Positions 1 through 8,817 of a stretch of 64,000 nt of DNA are shown here, in pieces. Under the pieces are notes generated by a model that saw only the letters and a program-made list of their open reading frames with translations, did no database searches and was not told the origin of the DNA. Source of the DNA: Alistipes sp. (GTDB lineage: Bacteria > Bacteroidota > Bacteroidia > Bacteroidales > Rikenellaceae); contig JAFLRT010000001.1 in assembly GCA_022511295.1 (NCBI GenBank), positions 21,465 through 85,464 of the forward strand. Direction: 5' to 3'. The translations under genes and the position numbers were made by a program. Every line of letters begins with the position of its first letter. Within the stretch, counting starts at the first letter, position 1.

Positions 1-317
1 GCTTTGAGCGCACTTTTTTGTTATTTTGACGATGCGCTCGGCTTTTGTGCGTTCGGAGATGCGCGAAGACTATAAGGAGACAAAAAAAGCAGCCTTTGTG
101 ACTGCCGCTGTTTTAATCCGTAAAGACTTGTCGATAACCCTTTGCCATAATCCGAAAAATTAAACGATACTGCTGACCGTTTTGATATGGACGGGGGTCA
201 GATGCGCAGAGTGCCTGTCAGTCGTTCCCAACTATTCGCCAAATCTTCGCCAAATCTTCGGGACTGACAAGGTTGTTTTCGGTGAAACAGCAGTTTCGAG
301 CATTCCAAATGGCTTTT

Positions 318-366
318 AGCACCTCAAAGAGGTGCATTTTTTGCTATAAAGGTAATGATGCCAAAA
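318..366. repeat. Dispersed repeat copy 1: hairpin module AGCACCTC-AAA-GAGGTGCATTTT (318-340) plus end module AAGGTAATGATGCCAAAA (349-366)
   Basis: 318-340 is the exact reverse complement of 3110-3132; 349-366 is identical to 23953-23970. Confidence 0.9.
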
Positions 367-449
367 GGGGCTGCTGATGCAATAAACAAGTAGCAGAATA
401 TTTGGTAAATAGAGCGAAAACTAAGAGAGTAGTAGAAAATAGTCTGTAT

Positions 450-1349
450 CTAAAAATCCGAATCCAACCGTTCTATTGTGCTGCGAAGACGTTTGCTGTC
501 AAGATGCGTGTATATCTCGGTGGTGGTGATACTTTCGTGTCCCAGCATCTCCTGCACCTGACGTATACCGGCGCCGCCTGCAAGCAGATGCGTGGCAAAT
601 GAGTGGCGAAAGGTGTGAGGGCTTATGCGTTTTTCTATGCCGGCACGCGCCGCAGCCTGCCTTATGACTGTGAAGACCATAACTCGCGTTAGGCGTCTTC
701 CGCGATTGTTAAGAAAAAGTGTATCGTCATCAGATTGCTGACAGCGTCGCGCCTCCATATATATTTGTATACGGTCGCGGGCGGTGCTGCTTATGGGAAC
801 GAGCCTCTGTTTGTTGCCCTTGCCCACAACCCGTATATAACCCTCACCGAAAAAAAGGTCGCTGATTCTTAATGCCGTAAGTTCCGACACACGCAACCCG
901 CACGAATATAAAACCTCGAGCATGGCGCTGTCGCGCAGACCCTTGGTCGTCGAGCAGTCTATGGAGGCTATGATACGGTCGATATCGGGTGTGGTAAGGG
1001 CATCCGGCAGATGACGTCCGAACTTGGGTGCCTCGACAAACTCCGTAGGGTCGCTCTCCATACGTCTCTCGGATAGCATAAAGGCGTAGAAACCTTTTAT
1101 GCTGCTGAGGCTGCGCGCCTGCGAACTCTTCTCGCGGTCGTGGTCGAAGAGGTGGCACATGAAACGCTCGACGACACCTCGCTCAACCTCGTCGGGGCGT
1201 ATATCGTATATGCGCAGTACGAAGTGTGAGAACTCTCCCAAGTCGTGCATATACGAGGCGATAGTGTTCTCCGATAGATTCTTCTCGAAACGTATATACT
1301 CGTGGTACTCCTTGAGTCTGTCTCTCCACACGCTTGCATTGTCGGCCAT
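450..1349 (-). CDS. xerD: Site-specific tyrosine recombinase XerD
   Basis: 299 aa; LYSCGLRVSEL, GKGNKQR, HTFRHSFATHLL, LGH, TTEIYTH (R-K-H-R-H-Y catalytic set); housekeeping context. Confidence 0.9.
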   Translation of the reverse strand: MADNASVWRDRLKEYHEYIRFEKNLSENTIASYMHDLGEFSHFVLRIYDIRPDEVERGVVERFMCHLFDHDREKSSQARSLSSIKGFYAFMLSERRMESDPTEFVEAPKFGRHLPDALTTPDIDRIIASIDCSTTKGLRDSAMLEVLYSCGLRVSELTALRISDLFFGEGYIRVVGKGNKQRLVPISSTARDRIQIYMEARRCQQSDDDTLFLNNRGRRLTRVMVFTVIRQAAARAGIEKRISPHTFRHSFATHLLAGGAGIRQVQEMLGHESITTTEIYTHLDSKRLRSTIERLDSDF

Positions 1350-1392
1350 ATTCCCTTTGAGTTTTCGCTGTTTTTGGTTATTTTTGCCGGTA

Positions 1393-1400
1393 CAAAGGTA
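1393..1400 (-). promoter_or_regulatory. Bacteroidota -7 promoter box (TACCTTTG) for xerD
   Basis: Matches TAnnTTTG about 45 nt upstream of the xerD start. Confidence 0.6.
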
Positions 1401-1435
1401 GTAAATTTTACATAATATTTTCAGCGTTTCAGAAT

Positions 1436-2278
1436 ATGGATTACGTAGAACTCAATATACCGGTAGATGATGCCGGACTGGCCGAGATTCTGACTGCCGA
1501 GTTGTCGGAGTTGCCTTTCGAGAGTTTTGTTACCGAGCGCACGACGCTCAAAGCATATATACCGCAATTCCGTCTTGCCGACTGCAAGGAGGAGGCCGAT
1601 GCCGTGCTGCAAAGGTACGGTGTTGAGGGCGGAAGATATGTGCAGATAGAGTCGCAAAACTGGAATGCACTGTGGGAGAGTAACTTCGATGAGGTATATA
1701 TAGATTCGCGCGCCGTTGTCCGTGCGCCGTTTCACGCTCCGCATCCCGAGTTGGGAGAGATGGATATTGTCATTATGCCCCGTATGTCCTTCGGAACGGG
1801 ACACCACGCCACGACGGCGCAGATGTGCGCCATGATTCTTGACAGCGAGATTGTACGTCGCGAAGGGTGCCGCGTCGCCGATGTCGGTTGCGGTACGGGT
1901 GTGCTGTCGATTATGGCTCTGCGCTGCGGTGCTTCTGTTGCCGATGCTGTGGATATAGACCCTATGGCGTGCGAGAATTGCAGTGAGAATGCAGAGACGA
2001 ACGGCGTGGGCGGACGTATGAATGTTATGGAGGGCGATGTACGCGCCCTCGCGGGTAGGAAATATGATTTGGTTCTGGCAAATATAAACCGCAACGTGCT
2101 GCTGTCGGATATGAGCCGTTATGCTGATATGCTTGTCTCCGGCGGCGAACTCTTTTTAAGCGGTTTTATAATCCAGGACAGCGCCGTTGTTACCGAGGCG
2201 GCCCGCGCTGAGGGTATCGAGATTGTCGAGGAGCGGCGCCGGAACGACTGGGTGGCACTGCGCGGCGTGCGCAAATAA
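1436..2278 (+). CDS. prmA: Ribosomal protein L11 methyltransferase
   Basis: MSFGTGHHATT, DVGCGTGVLSI SAM motif, LANINRN. Confidence 0.93.
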   Translation: MDYVELNIPVDDAGLAEILTAELSELPFESFVTERTTLKAYIPQFRLADCKEEADAVLQRYGVEGGRYVQIESQNWNALWESNFDEVYIDSRAVVRAPFHAPHPELGEMDIVIMPRMSFGTGHHATTAQMCAMILDSEIVRREGCRVADVGCGTGVLSIMALRCGASVADAVDIDPMACENCSENAETNGVGGRMNVMEGDVRALAGRKYDLVLANINRNVLLSDMSRYADMLVSGGELFLSGFIIQDSAVVTEAARAEGIEIVEERRRNDWVALRGVRK

Positions 2279-2287
2279 CCTTATGAG

Positions 2288-3013
2288 ATGAAGAGTTACA
2301 AGGCTCGGGGAATAGTTCTCGGTACCGTCAAGTATGGGGACAGTTCTATGGTGGCGCAACTGCTGACGGATGTCGGCGGTCGTCGCAGCTATATGGTTCA
2401 GGGTATACGCTCCTCGCACGGTCGGGGGTCCAAAGCGGCTCTCTTTCAGCCTCTCTTTGCGTTGGAGTTCGAGGGGCTTGAATCGTCGCGCACCGACCTT
2501 GACCGCTTCAAAGAGGTGCATGCCGGCATAGTTCTGCGCAGTATACCGTTCGATGTACGCAAATCGACCGTCGCCCTTTTTATAGCCGAGGTTCTCTATC
2601 GTTTGATACGCGAGAGCGAGCCTAACCGTATGCTCTTTGACTTTGTGTGGGGTTCTGTCGGAGCGTTGGACACCATCGACGAGGGCGTAGCCAACTTCCA
2701 TCTATGGTTCCTGGCAAATCTGAGCCGTTTCCTGGGATTCAGCCCGGGCAACAGATATATGCGCGACGCATATTTCGATATGCGCGAGGGTCTTTTCACA
2801 CTCTCGCCGCAGCAAGGTCATGCCGTGATGAGCATTGACAAGGCCGAGATTCTGCGTGATTTGCTCGAGTGCGACGTTCAGTGCCTCGGCGAGATAGGAC
2901 TCAACCGTCATCAGAGAGTGGAGTTTCTTGATACCATGCTCGAATACTACTCATATCATCTCGACTCCATCCACTCCGTCCGCTCCACCAAAATCCTCCG
3001 CGAAGTCTTTTAA
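2288..3013 (+). CDS. recO: DNA repair protein RecO
   Basis: N-terminal GIVLGTVKYGDSS OB-fold pattern, LFQP, C-terminal YYSYH...ILREVF typical of Bacteroidota RecO. Confidence 0.9.
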   Translation: MKSYKARGIVLGTVKYGDSSMVAQLLTDVGGRRSYMVQGIRSSHGRGSKAALFQPLFALEFEGLESSRTDLDRFKEVHAGIVLRSIPFDVRKSTVALFIAEVLYRLIRESEPNRMLFDFVWGSVGALDTIDEGVANFHLWFLANLSRFLGFSPGNRYMRDAYFDMREGLFTLSPQQGHAVMSIDKAEILRDLLECDVQCLGEIGLNRHQRVEFLDTMLEYYSYHLDSIHSVRSTKILREVF

Positions 3014-3213
3014 GGTAATGATGTCAAAAATGTTTTTTCGTTGCTCATCATACCCGGTAAAGTCTGCAAGCCGTCTTTGCCCTATTAAACAACTAACTGA
3101 ATACTTATCAAAATGCACCTCTTTGAGGTGCTGCGCCGCCCCCGAGGGGGGGCAGGGGCGGCGCAACGTTGCGATTAAGCGATGCCGAACTCTATTTTTG
3201 GCATCATTACCTT
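3012..3213. mobile_element. MITE-like non-autonomous element (repeat copy 2) with 20-bp terminal inverted repeats and two internal hairpins
   Basis: AAGGTAATGATGTCAAAAAT (3012-3031) vs ATTTTTGGCATCATTACCTT (3194-3213), 19/20 inverted match; internal GCACCTC-TTT-GAGGTGC and TGCGCCGCCCC/GGGGCGGCGCA; no target duplication seen. Confidence 0.65.
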
Positions 3214-3308
3214 TTCGACTCCAATATTTTGGCGAGGGCATTTAATAATTACCTTTTTGCTATCGGGCGCGATAATTTTTAGGTAAGGTTTTTGCGGCTG
3301 CCTTATCC

Positions 3309-3752
3309 GTGATTGTCTGTGAAAAATATTTTTGTGCAAATTTCAAGCGGCGGTTCCGCATCGCTGCTGCGGTAACATCGCTTTGTCTCCTGTTATGCGG
3401 TCAAGTATCGGCGCAGGAGACGGGATATCGTAATTTCGGCGGGAAGATTGACAGCAAACCTATGCCCGTACCCGAGTATGAACCCGAGATAAGCGTATGG
3501 CTGCCCGACGATGCGTTTGAGGCTGAACTCGATGCAGAGTTTACGTCGCGTCTCTCGCCCGAGACCGATATGATTCCGATGGTCGTATACCCATATCCGC
3601 TGCAACAGGGCGAGAACCGCAATATATACATTATGCCCAACAATACTCTGACGATATGGCATATCAATTTCTCCAACGGTTCTGCCGGAAACTGGGGTGA
3701 TACCCCTGGTGCTATGCTCGATGCCAGAACGCTATCGTTTCCGACGCCGTGA
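3309..3752 (+). CDS. Hypothetical exported protein (start uncertain)
   Basis: 147-aa ORF with signal-peptide-like KRRFRIAAAVTSLCLLLCGQVSA; overlaps the ygiQ 3' end. Confidence 0.55.
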   Translation: MIVCEKYFCANFKRRFRIAAAVTSLCLLLCGQVSAQETGYRNFGGKIDSKPMPVPEYEPEISVWLPDDAFEAELDAEFTSRLSPETDMIPMVVYPYPLQQGENRNIYIMPNNTLTIWHINFSNGSAGNWGDTPGAMLDARTLSFPTP

Positions 3753-5549
3753 TGCACTTTTGACCGTCGGATGATGTTTTTCAGTCGTCGGACGATGCCC
3801 TTCTGCTCCGCGTTTTGACGATTTGACTGTCGGACGATGCTCCTGTGCCGCCTCGCGGTTAAAGAAATATGCCTTCTGCCGGCGTTTATCATCCTGACTG
3901 CGTGCTACATATAGACGCTCCCCTGTGTATGGATTCATCCCTGTAAAGAACATTACCGACGAGAGCGTCATCGGCGTAGGCGTGAGGTCCTGCACCTGCT
4001 CCAACGTGAAGTTCAGTTTTCCGAGTACCTTGCCTGACAGTGCGCGCATATCGTTCTCGGTGCAGCCCGGGTGCGATGATATAAAGTAGGGTATAAGTTG
4101 ATAATTGAGGTTGTGGCGGCGGCATATATCCCGGAAATCGGCATTCAACTTCTCGAACATCGCAAAGGATGGCTTGCGCATAAGATTCAGAATATGCTCC
4201 TCGGTGTGTTCAGGAGCGACTTTCAACCGTCCCGAAGTGTGGTGCGTTACCACCGTCTCGAGATACTCTCCTCCGTCGAAGAGGTCGTAGCGTATGCCGC
4301 TGCCTATAAAGGCTTTTTTCACACCCTTTATATCGCGTATCTTGGCGTATAGATTCAGCAGCGGCGTATGGTCGTTGTCAAGATTGCGGCACATCTTGGG
4401 GTGGAGGCATGACGGACGCCGGCACTTTGCGCATATCTCGACGTCGCGGCCGCCGCAGCGATACATATTGGCCGAGGGCGCTCCGATATCCGACAGAGAG
4501 CCTTTGAAACTCGGCATTTTGGTTATGAGCCGCACCTCATCGAGAATGGACTTCTCGCTGCGTGAGGATATGAATTTGCCCTGGTGTGCCGATATGGTGC
4601 AGAAGGAGCAGCCGCCGAAACATCCGCGATGAATATTCACCGAGTGCTTTATCATCTCCCACGCCGGTATATCGCCCCTGCCGTTATAGCGGGGATGCGG
4701 TGCGCGCTGGTATGGCAAGGCGAATGAACGGTCAAGTTCCAAAGTCGTGAGGGGTGTATGCGCCGGATTTACGACTACATACCTCTCTCCGGTGCGCTCG
4801 ACGAGTGTCGCTGTGGGGTTCATCAGGTTGCTCTGCGTCTCCTCCTCGACAAAGTTGGCGGCAAAGGCGCTGTTATCCGCCACGCACTCCTCAAAGGAGC
4901 GGAGCATAATTTTATCCTCAATCTTTTCGACATACTCTTTGTCGGCAGTGAAGGCCACCTGACGCAGACGGCGCAGACGCTTCATATTGAACGAGCCGCC
5001 GCGAACTATGCGTGCTATCTCGGGTATGGTTCTCTCGCCCATGCCGTAGGCGAGCAGGTCGGCACCGCTGTCGATAAGAATCGAGGGGTGCAGTTCATCT
5101 GTCCAGTAGTCGTAATGTGTAACTCTCCGCAACGATGCCTCGATGCCGCCTATGACGACCGGCACTCGCGGAAAGAGCCTCTTAAGAATACGCGTGTAGA
5201 CCGTTACGGCGCGGTCGGGACGAAATCCCGCCTTTCCGCCTGCTGTATAAGCGTCGTTGCTGCGCAGACGCAGATTGGCGGTATAGTGGTTCACCATCGA
5301 GTCCATAGCCCCTGCCGTTACGCCGAAAAAGAGACGCGGCGCGCCTAATTTGGTGAAGTCGCGAAGGTCATCTCTCCAGTTGGGCTGCGGAACGATTGCC
5401 ACTCTCAACCCCTCGGCTTGCAGCAGACGTCCCACGACAGCCGCACCGAATGAGGGGTGGTCTATATAGGCGTCGCCCGTAAAGAGAATGACGTCGATAT
5501 AGTCCCAGCCGAGAGCCTCGACCTCTTTTTTTGTTGTAGGTAGAAACAT
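3732..5549 (-). CDS. ygiQ: YgiQ family radical SAM protein
   Basis: FLPTT...GDAYIDHPSFG, RGCFGGCSFC (CxxxCxxC), LKVAPEH, YFISSHPG, VQDLTPTPMT. Confidence 0.92.
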   Translation of the reverse strand: MFLPTTKKEVEALGWDYIDVILFTGDAYIDHPSFGAAVVGRLLQAEGLRVAIVPQPNWRDDLRDFTKLGAPRLFFGVTAGAMDSMVNHYTANLRLRSNDAYTAGGKAGFRPDRAVTVYTRILKRLFPRVPVVIGGIEASLRRVTHYDYWTDELHPSILIDSGADLLAYGMGERTIPEIARIVRGGSFNMKRLRRLRQVAFTADKEYVEKIEDKIMLRSFEECVADNSAFAANFVEEETQSNLMNPTATLVERTGERYVVVNPAHTPLTTLELDRSFALPYQRAPHPRYNGRGDIPAWEMIKHSVNIHRGCFGGCSFCTISAHQGKFISSRSEKSILDEVRLITKMPSFKGSLSDIGAPSANMYRCGGRDVEICAKCRRPSCLHPKMCRNLDNDHTPLLNLYAKIRDIKGVKKAFIGSGIRYDLFDGGEYLETVVTHHTSGRLKVAPEHTEEHILNLMRKPSFAMFEKLNADFRDICRRHNLNYQLIPYFISSHPGCTENDMRALSGKVLGKLNFTLEQVQDLTPTPMTLSSVMFFTGMNPYTGERLYVARSQDDKRRQKAYFFNREAAQEHRPTVKSSKRGAEGHRPTTEKHHPTVKSASRRRKR

Positions 5550-5591
5550 TCTTCGCCTGCCTGTGCTTCTGCCGTCGGGGCGCGTGGCGTG

Positions 5592-6521
5592 TTACTTTAA
5601 CACCATCTCTTTGGAGCCTATAAGGTAACCGTCGGTATATACCTCGACCTTGTAGGTGCCGGCTGCGAAGCCCGAACCGTCGTAGAAGACGGTTACATCC
5701 AAATCCTCATTCTGGTAATCCACCTCGCGCTCTGCGGTATAGGGCAGTTGTCCGCCCTCGTATGTGAAATGAGGTGTGTTTTCGGGTGTGAGAACATATC
5801 CGTCAGCCAGTATGCGTACATATATAGGTCTCTCGCCGGCCTTGGCTATAGAGTTGGCCGTGAGGGTCATATCGACACGCAGCTTGGCAGCGCTCTTAAC
5901 CTTGGATATATCTTTGCCTCTTGCGTTGAGCGGCGTTATGCTGATGCCGCGAGCGTGTATTATGGAGCCTTGTTGAATAATATTTGTCAGCTCCGAACTC
6001 TTCTCCTCGGCCATTTCGGCGCGCTGGTTGGCAGTCGAAATCTGCTGGCGGTAGCCGGTGTTTTCGGTTATAAGTTTTTGATTGACATTGTTGAGCGAAT
6101 CTATCTGACGCAGATAACTCTTCAATACCGAGCGCAGCGTACCCAACTCCTTCTCATACGACCTTAATTTATTGTAGTTAAGACGTCTTTCATTCTCAAG
6201 TTGGTCGCGCAGGGCATATGCGTTTTCGAGTTCCGCCCTCAAATTCGCCGTGATGGTATCGTTTTGGAACTCCTTGTCCCGATATTCGGAGATAAGAGAG
6301 TTGATATTCTCTTTGAGCGAGTCGCGCTGCATCTCGAGTTCCGTCTCAAGTTCCTGATATTCGGTTCTTTGCTTGCGGTTGATATTGTAGTACAATACGG
6401 ACAGCGCAGCCAGTATCACGGCAAGTATGCAGATAACGATTTTATATCCGAGCAGCGATTTGCGCACGTCGGTCTGGTAATCGTAATCCTCGTTGTTGTA
6501 ATCCTTGTTATACTCTTCCAT
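5592..6521 (-). CDS. Membrane-anchored coiled-coil protein with C-terminal beta domain
   Basis: N-terminal TM (IVICILAVILAALSVLYY), long heptad-rich region, GTYKVEVY C-terminus. Confidence 0.8.
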   Translation of the reverse strand: MEEYNKDYNNEDYDYQTDVRKSLLGYKIVICILAVILAALSVLYYNINRKQRTEYQELETELEMQRDSLKENINSLISEYRDKEFQNDTITANLRAELENAYALRDQLENERRLNYNKLRSYEKELGTLRSVLKSYLRQIDSLNNVNQKLITENTGYRQQISTANQRAEMAEEKSSELTNIIQQGSIIHARGISITPLNARGKDISKVKSAAKLRVDMTLTANSIAKAGERPIYVRILADGYVLTPENTPHFTYEGGQLPYTAEREVDYQNEDLDVTVFYDGSGFAAGTYKVEVYTDGYLIGSKEMVLK

Positions 6522-6634
6522 AGCGTTGTTGTTTTTGCAAATATACGTTTTTTTATTGTTTTACAGTCTCTTTAAGCCGATATTTTATCCTTGTCGTGTT
6601 ATGAGCGTGTTAAATGTGTTAAAGATTAAATGCA

Positions 6635-8749
6635 TTATGAAATCATCGAGAAGTCCGAGCGCTCCTTGCCGGAATATCTCTCTTTGAGTTTTTGCAGCCC
6701 TGCGTGCGAGGGGTGCGACAAATTCGGGTCGGCTTCGAGCAATTCCATTGCTGCCTGCTGCGTGGTTTGCAGTATCTGAACATCGAGAGTCGGATTGGCT
6801 ATCTTCAAATCGAATGCCGAGCCGCTCTGCATCGTGCCGTGTATATCGCCTGCGCCGCGCAGTTTAAGGTCGAGTTCGGCTAAACGGAATCCGTCTGTGG
6901 TCTCGCACATGGCATCCAGACGCTGCCGTGCCTCCTTCGACAACTTCTCGCCCGACATAAGTATGCAATACGACTGTCCTCCGCCGCGCCCGACCCTGCC
7001 TCGCAACTGGTGCAGTTGCGCGAGACCGAAACGCTCGGCCGACTCTATGACCATCACCGTAGCGTTTGGAACATCTACACCTACCTCGATGACCGACGTG
7101 GCCACCATAATATGCGCCAGTCCCTCCTTGAACTCGCGCATGGCATCCTCCTTGTCTTCGGGTTTCATCTTGCCGTGACAGGCCGTAACGCGGTACTGCG
7201 GCAGCGGAAAGTCGCGCGTGATGGCTTCAAAGCCGTCTGTCAAATCCTTGTAATCCATACTCTCGGACTCCTTGATAAGAGGGTAGACCACATATACCTG
7301 CCGTCCGAGGGCTATCTGTTCCCGCATAAAGCCGTAGAGGCGCAGACGAGCCGAATCGTAGTAATGCACCGTCCTTATCGGCTGCCGCCCGGGCGGCAAC
7401 TCATCGATTACCGATACATCCAAATCGCCATAGAGGGTCATAGCCAACGTGCGCGGTATGGGTGTCGCCGTCATTACGAGAATATGCGGCGGCTGTTCGT
7501 TTTTTGTCCACATACGCGCCCGCTGCTCCACACCGAAGCGGTGCTGCTCATCGATGACGACGAAGCCGAGGTTTGAGAATACGACCCGCTCCTCGATAAG
7601 GGCGTGCGTGCCTATGAGTATGTCGGCCGAGCCGTCGGCAGCACTCTCCAATGCGTGGCGTCTTTCGCGTGCCTTTGACGAGCCGGTGAGAATGGACACC
7701 TTTATATCCAACCCCTCGACCATACGCGATATCGTGGCGAAGTGCTGACGTGCCAATATCTCTGTCGGTGCCATCATACAGGCCTGAAAACCGTTGTCGG
7801 CCGCCAGCAACATCGACAGCAGTGCCACGATGGTCTTGCCGCTGCCCACATCGCCTTGCAGCAGACGGTTCATCTGATAACCCGATACGGTGTCGTTTCG
7901 TATCTCGCGCACGACTCTCTTCTGCGCTCCCGTAAGGGGGAACGGCAGACGATTGTTGTAAAAGGAGTTGAATTTGTCGCCCACCTTGGTGAAGACAAAG
8001 CCGTTCTGACGGCTCATGCGTTGGGTGCGTTGCGACTGTATGTTAAGTTGCACGCCTAAAAGTTCGTCGAACTTGAGACGGTACTGCGCCTGCCGCAACT
8101 TTTCGGGTGTCTGCGGAAAGTGTATATTCCGCAACGCCTCTTTGAGAGGTATCAACCCGTAGCGGTGCATCACCTCCGGCGGCAGCGTCTCGTCGATTTT
8201 ATCCTGCACGAGCGTCCACAGATTGCATATAATATTATATATGCCTTTGGTCCCTACGGCTCCCGACAGTTTTTCGGTTGTGGAGTATATGCCCTGCAGC
8301 CCTCCGGGCATCTTGCGGTTGAGTGCCTTCTCGACACTCTCTATCTCGGGATGTATTATAGACAACTCACCGCGAAAGAACGAAGGCTTGCCGAAGACAA
8401 GATATTCACGACCGACCTCTATGCTCTTCTCAATCCACTTTACGCCCTGAAACCACACTAATTCCGCCGAGCCGGTCTTGTCCGATACATAGACCGTGAA
8501 TCGGCGTTTGCGCCCTGCGCCGGCGAATGAGGTGCCTGTAACGCGTCCGCGAAACTGAACGTATGCCGCACCCAGACTCTCGCCAATCTCGCCTATGTTG
8601 TAGACTTTGGTGCGGTCGATATAGCGGAACGGGAAATACCACAGCATATCGCGTATGGTTGTTATACCCAACTCGCTGCGCAGCAATTTGGCACGAGTCT
8701 CGCCCACGCCGCTGACATACTGTATCGTATTGTCCATAAAATCTCCCAT
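6635..8749 (-). CDS. recG: ATP-dependent DNA helicase RecG
   Basis: RLLQGDVGSGKT, DEQHRFGVEQR, MTATPIPRTL, QLHQLRGRVGRG. Confidence 0.96.
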   Translation of the reverse strand: MGDFMDNTIQYVSGVGETRAKLLRSELGITTIRDMLWYFPFRYIDRTKVYNIGEIGESLGAAYVQFRGRVTGTSFAGAGRKRRFTVYVSDKTGSAELVWFQGVKWIEKSIEVGREYLVFGKPSFFRGELSIIHPEIESVEKALNRKMPGGLQGIYSTTEKLSGAVGTKGIYNIICNLWTLVQDKIDETLPPEVMHRYGLIPLKEALRNIHFPQTPEKLRQAQYRLKFDELLGVQLNIQSQRTQRMSRQNGFVFTKVGDKFNSFYNNRLPFPLTGAQKRVVREIRNDTVSGYQMNRLLQGDVGSGKTIVALLSMLLAADNGFQACMMAPTEILARQHFATISRMVEGLDIKVSILTGSSKARERRHALESAADGSADILIGTHALIEERVVFSNLGFVVIDEQHRFGVEQRARMWTKNEQPPHILVMTATPIPRTLAMTLYGDLDVSVIDELPPGRQPIRTVHYYDSARLRLYGFMREQIALGRQVYVVYPLIKESESMDYKDLTDGFEAITRDFPLPQYRVTACHGKMKPEDKEDAMREFKEGLAHIMVATSVIEVGVDVPNATVMVIESAERFGLAQLHQLRGRVGRGGGQSYCILMSGEKLSKEARQRLDAMCETTDGFRLAELDLKLRGAGDIHGTMQSGSAFDLKIANPTLDVQILQTTQQAAMELLEADPNLSHPSHAGLQKLKERYSGKERSDFSMIS

Positions 8750-8753
8750 ATCG

Positions 8754-8811
8754 CAAAGTTAGAAAAATCTCGGCAGATGTTTCAGCGTCGGGTAAATTTT
8801 TCATAATTTTG
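8754..8811. promoter_or_regulatory. Divergent -7 boxes for recG (TAACTTTG, minus, 8754-8761) and ispG (TAATTTTG, plus, 8804-8811)
   Basis: Two TAnnTTTG matches facing outward just upstream of both starts. Confidence 0.6.
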
Positions 8812-8817
8812 CACGAT

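Noticed and set aside
450-1349. Tyrosine recombinase as a phage/ICE integrase
   Set aside because: XerD-like size and motifs, housekeeping neighbours, no att site or mobile genes
2928-3245. ORFs across the MITE-like element (both strands)
   Set aside because: Overlap recO and the repeat; no transposase motifs
8224-8244. AT-rich near-palindrome resembling a dif site
   Set aside because: Inside recG coding sequence and lacks the TTATGTTAAAT XerD arm
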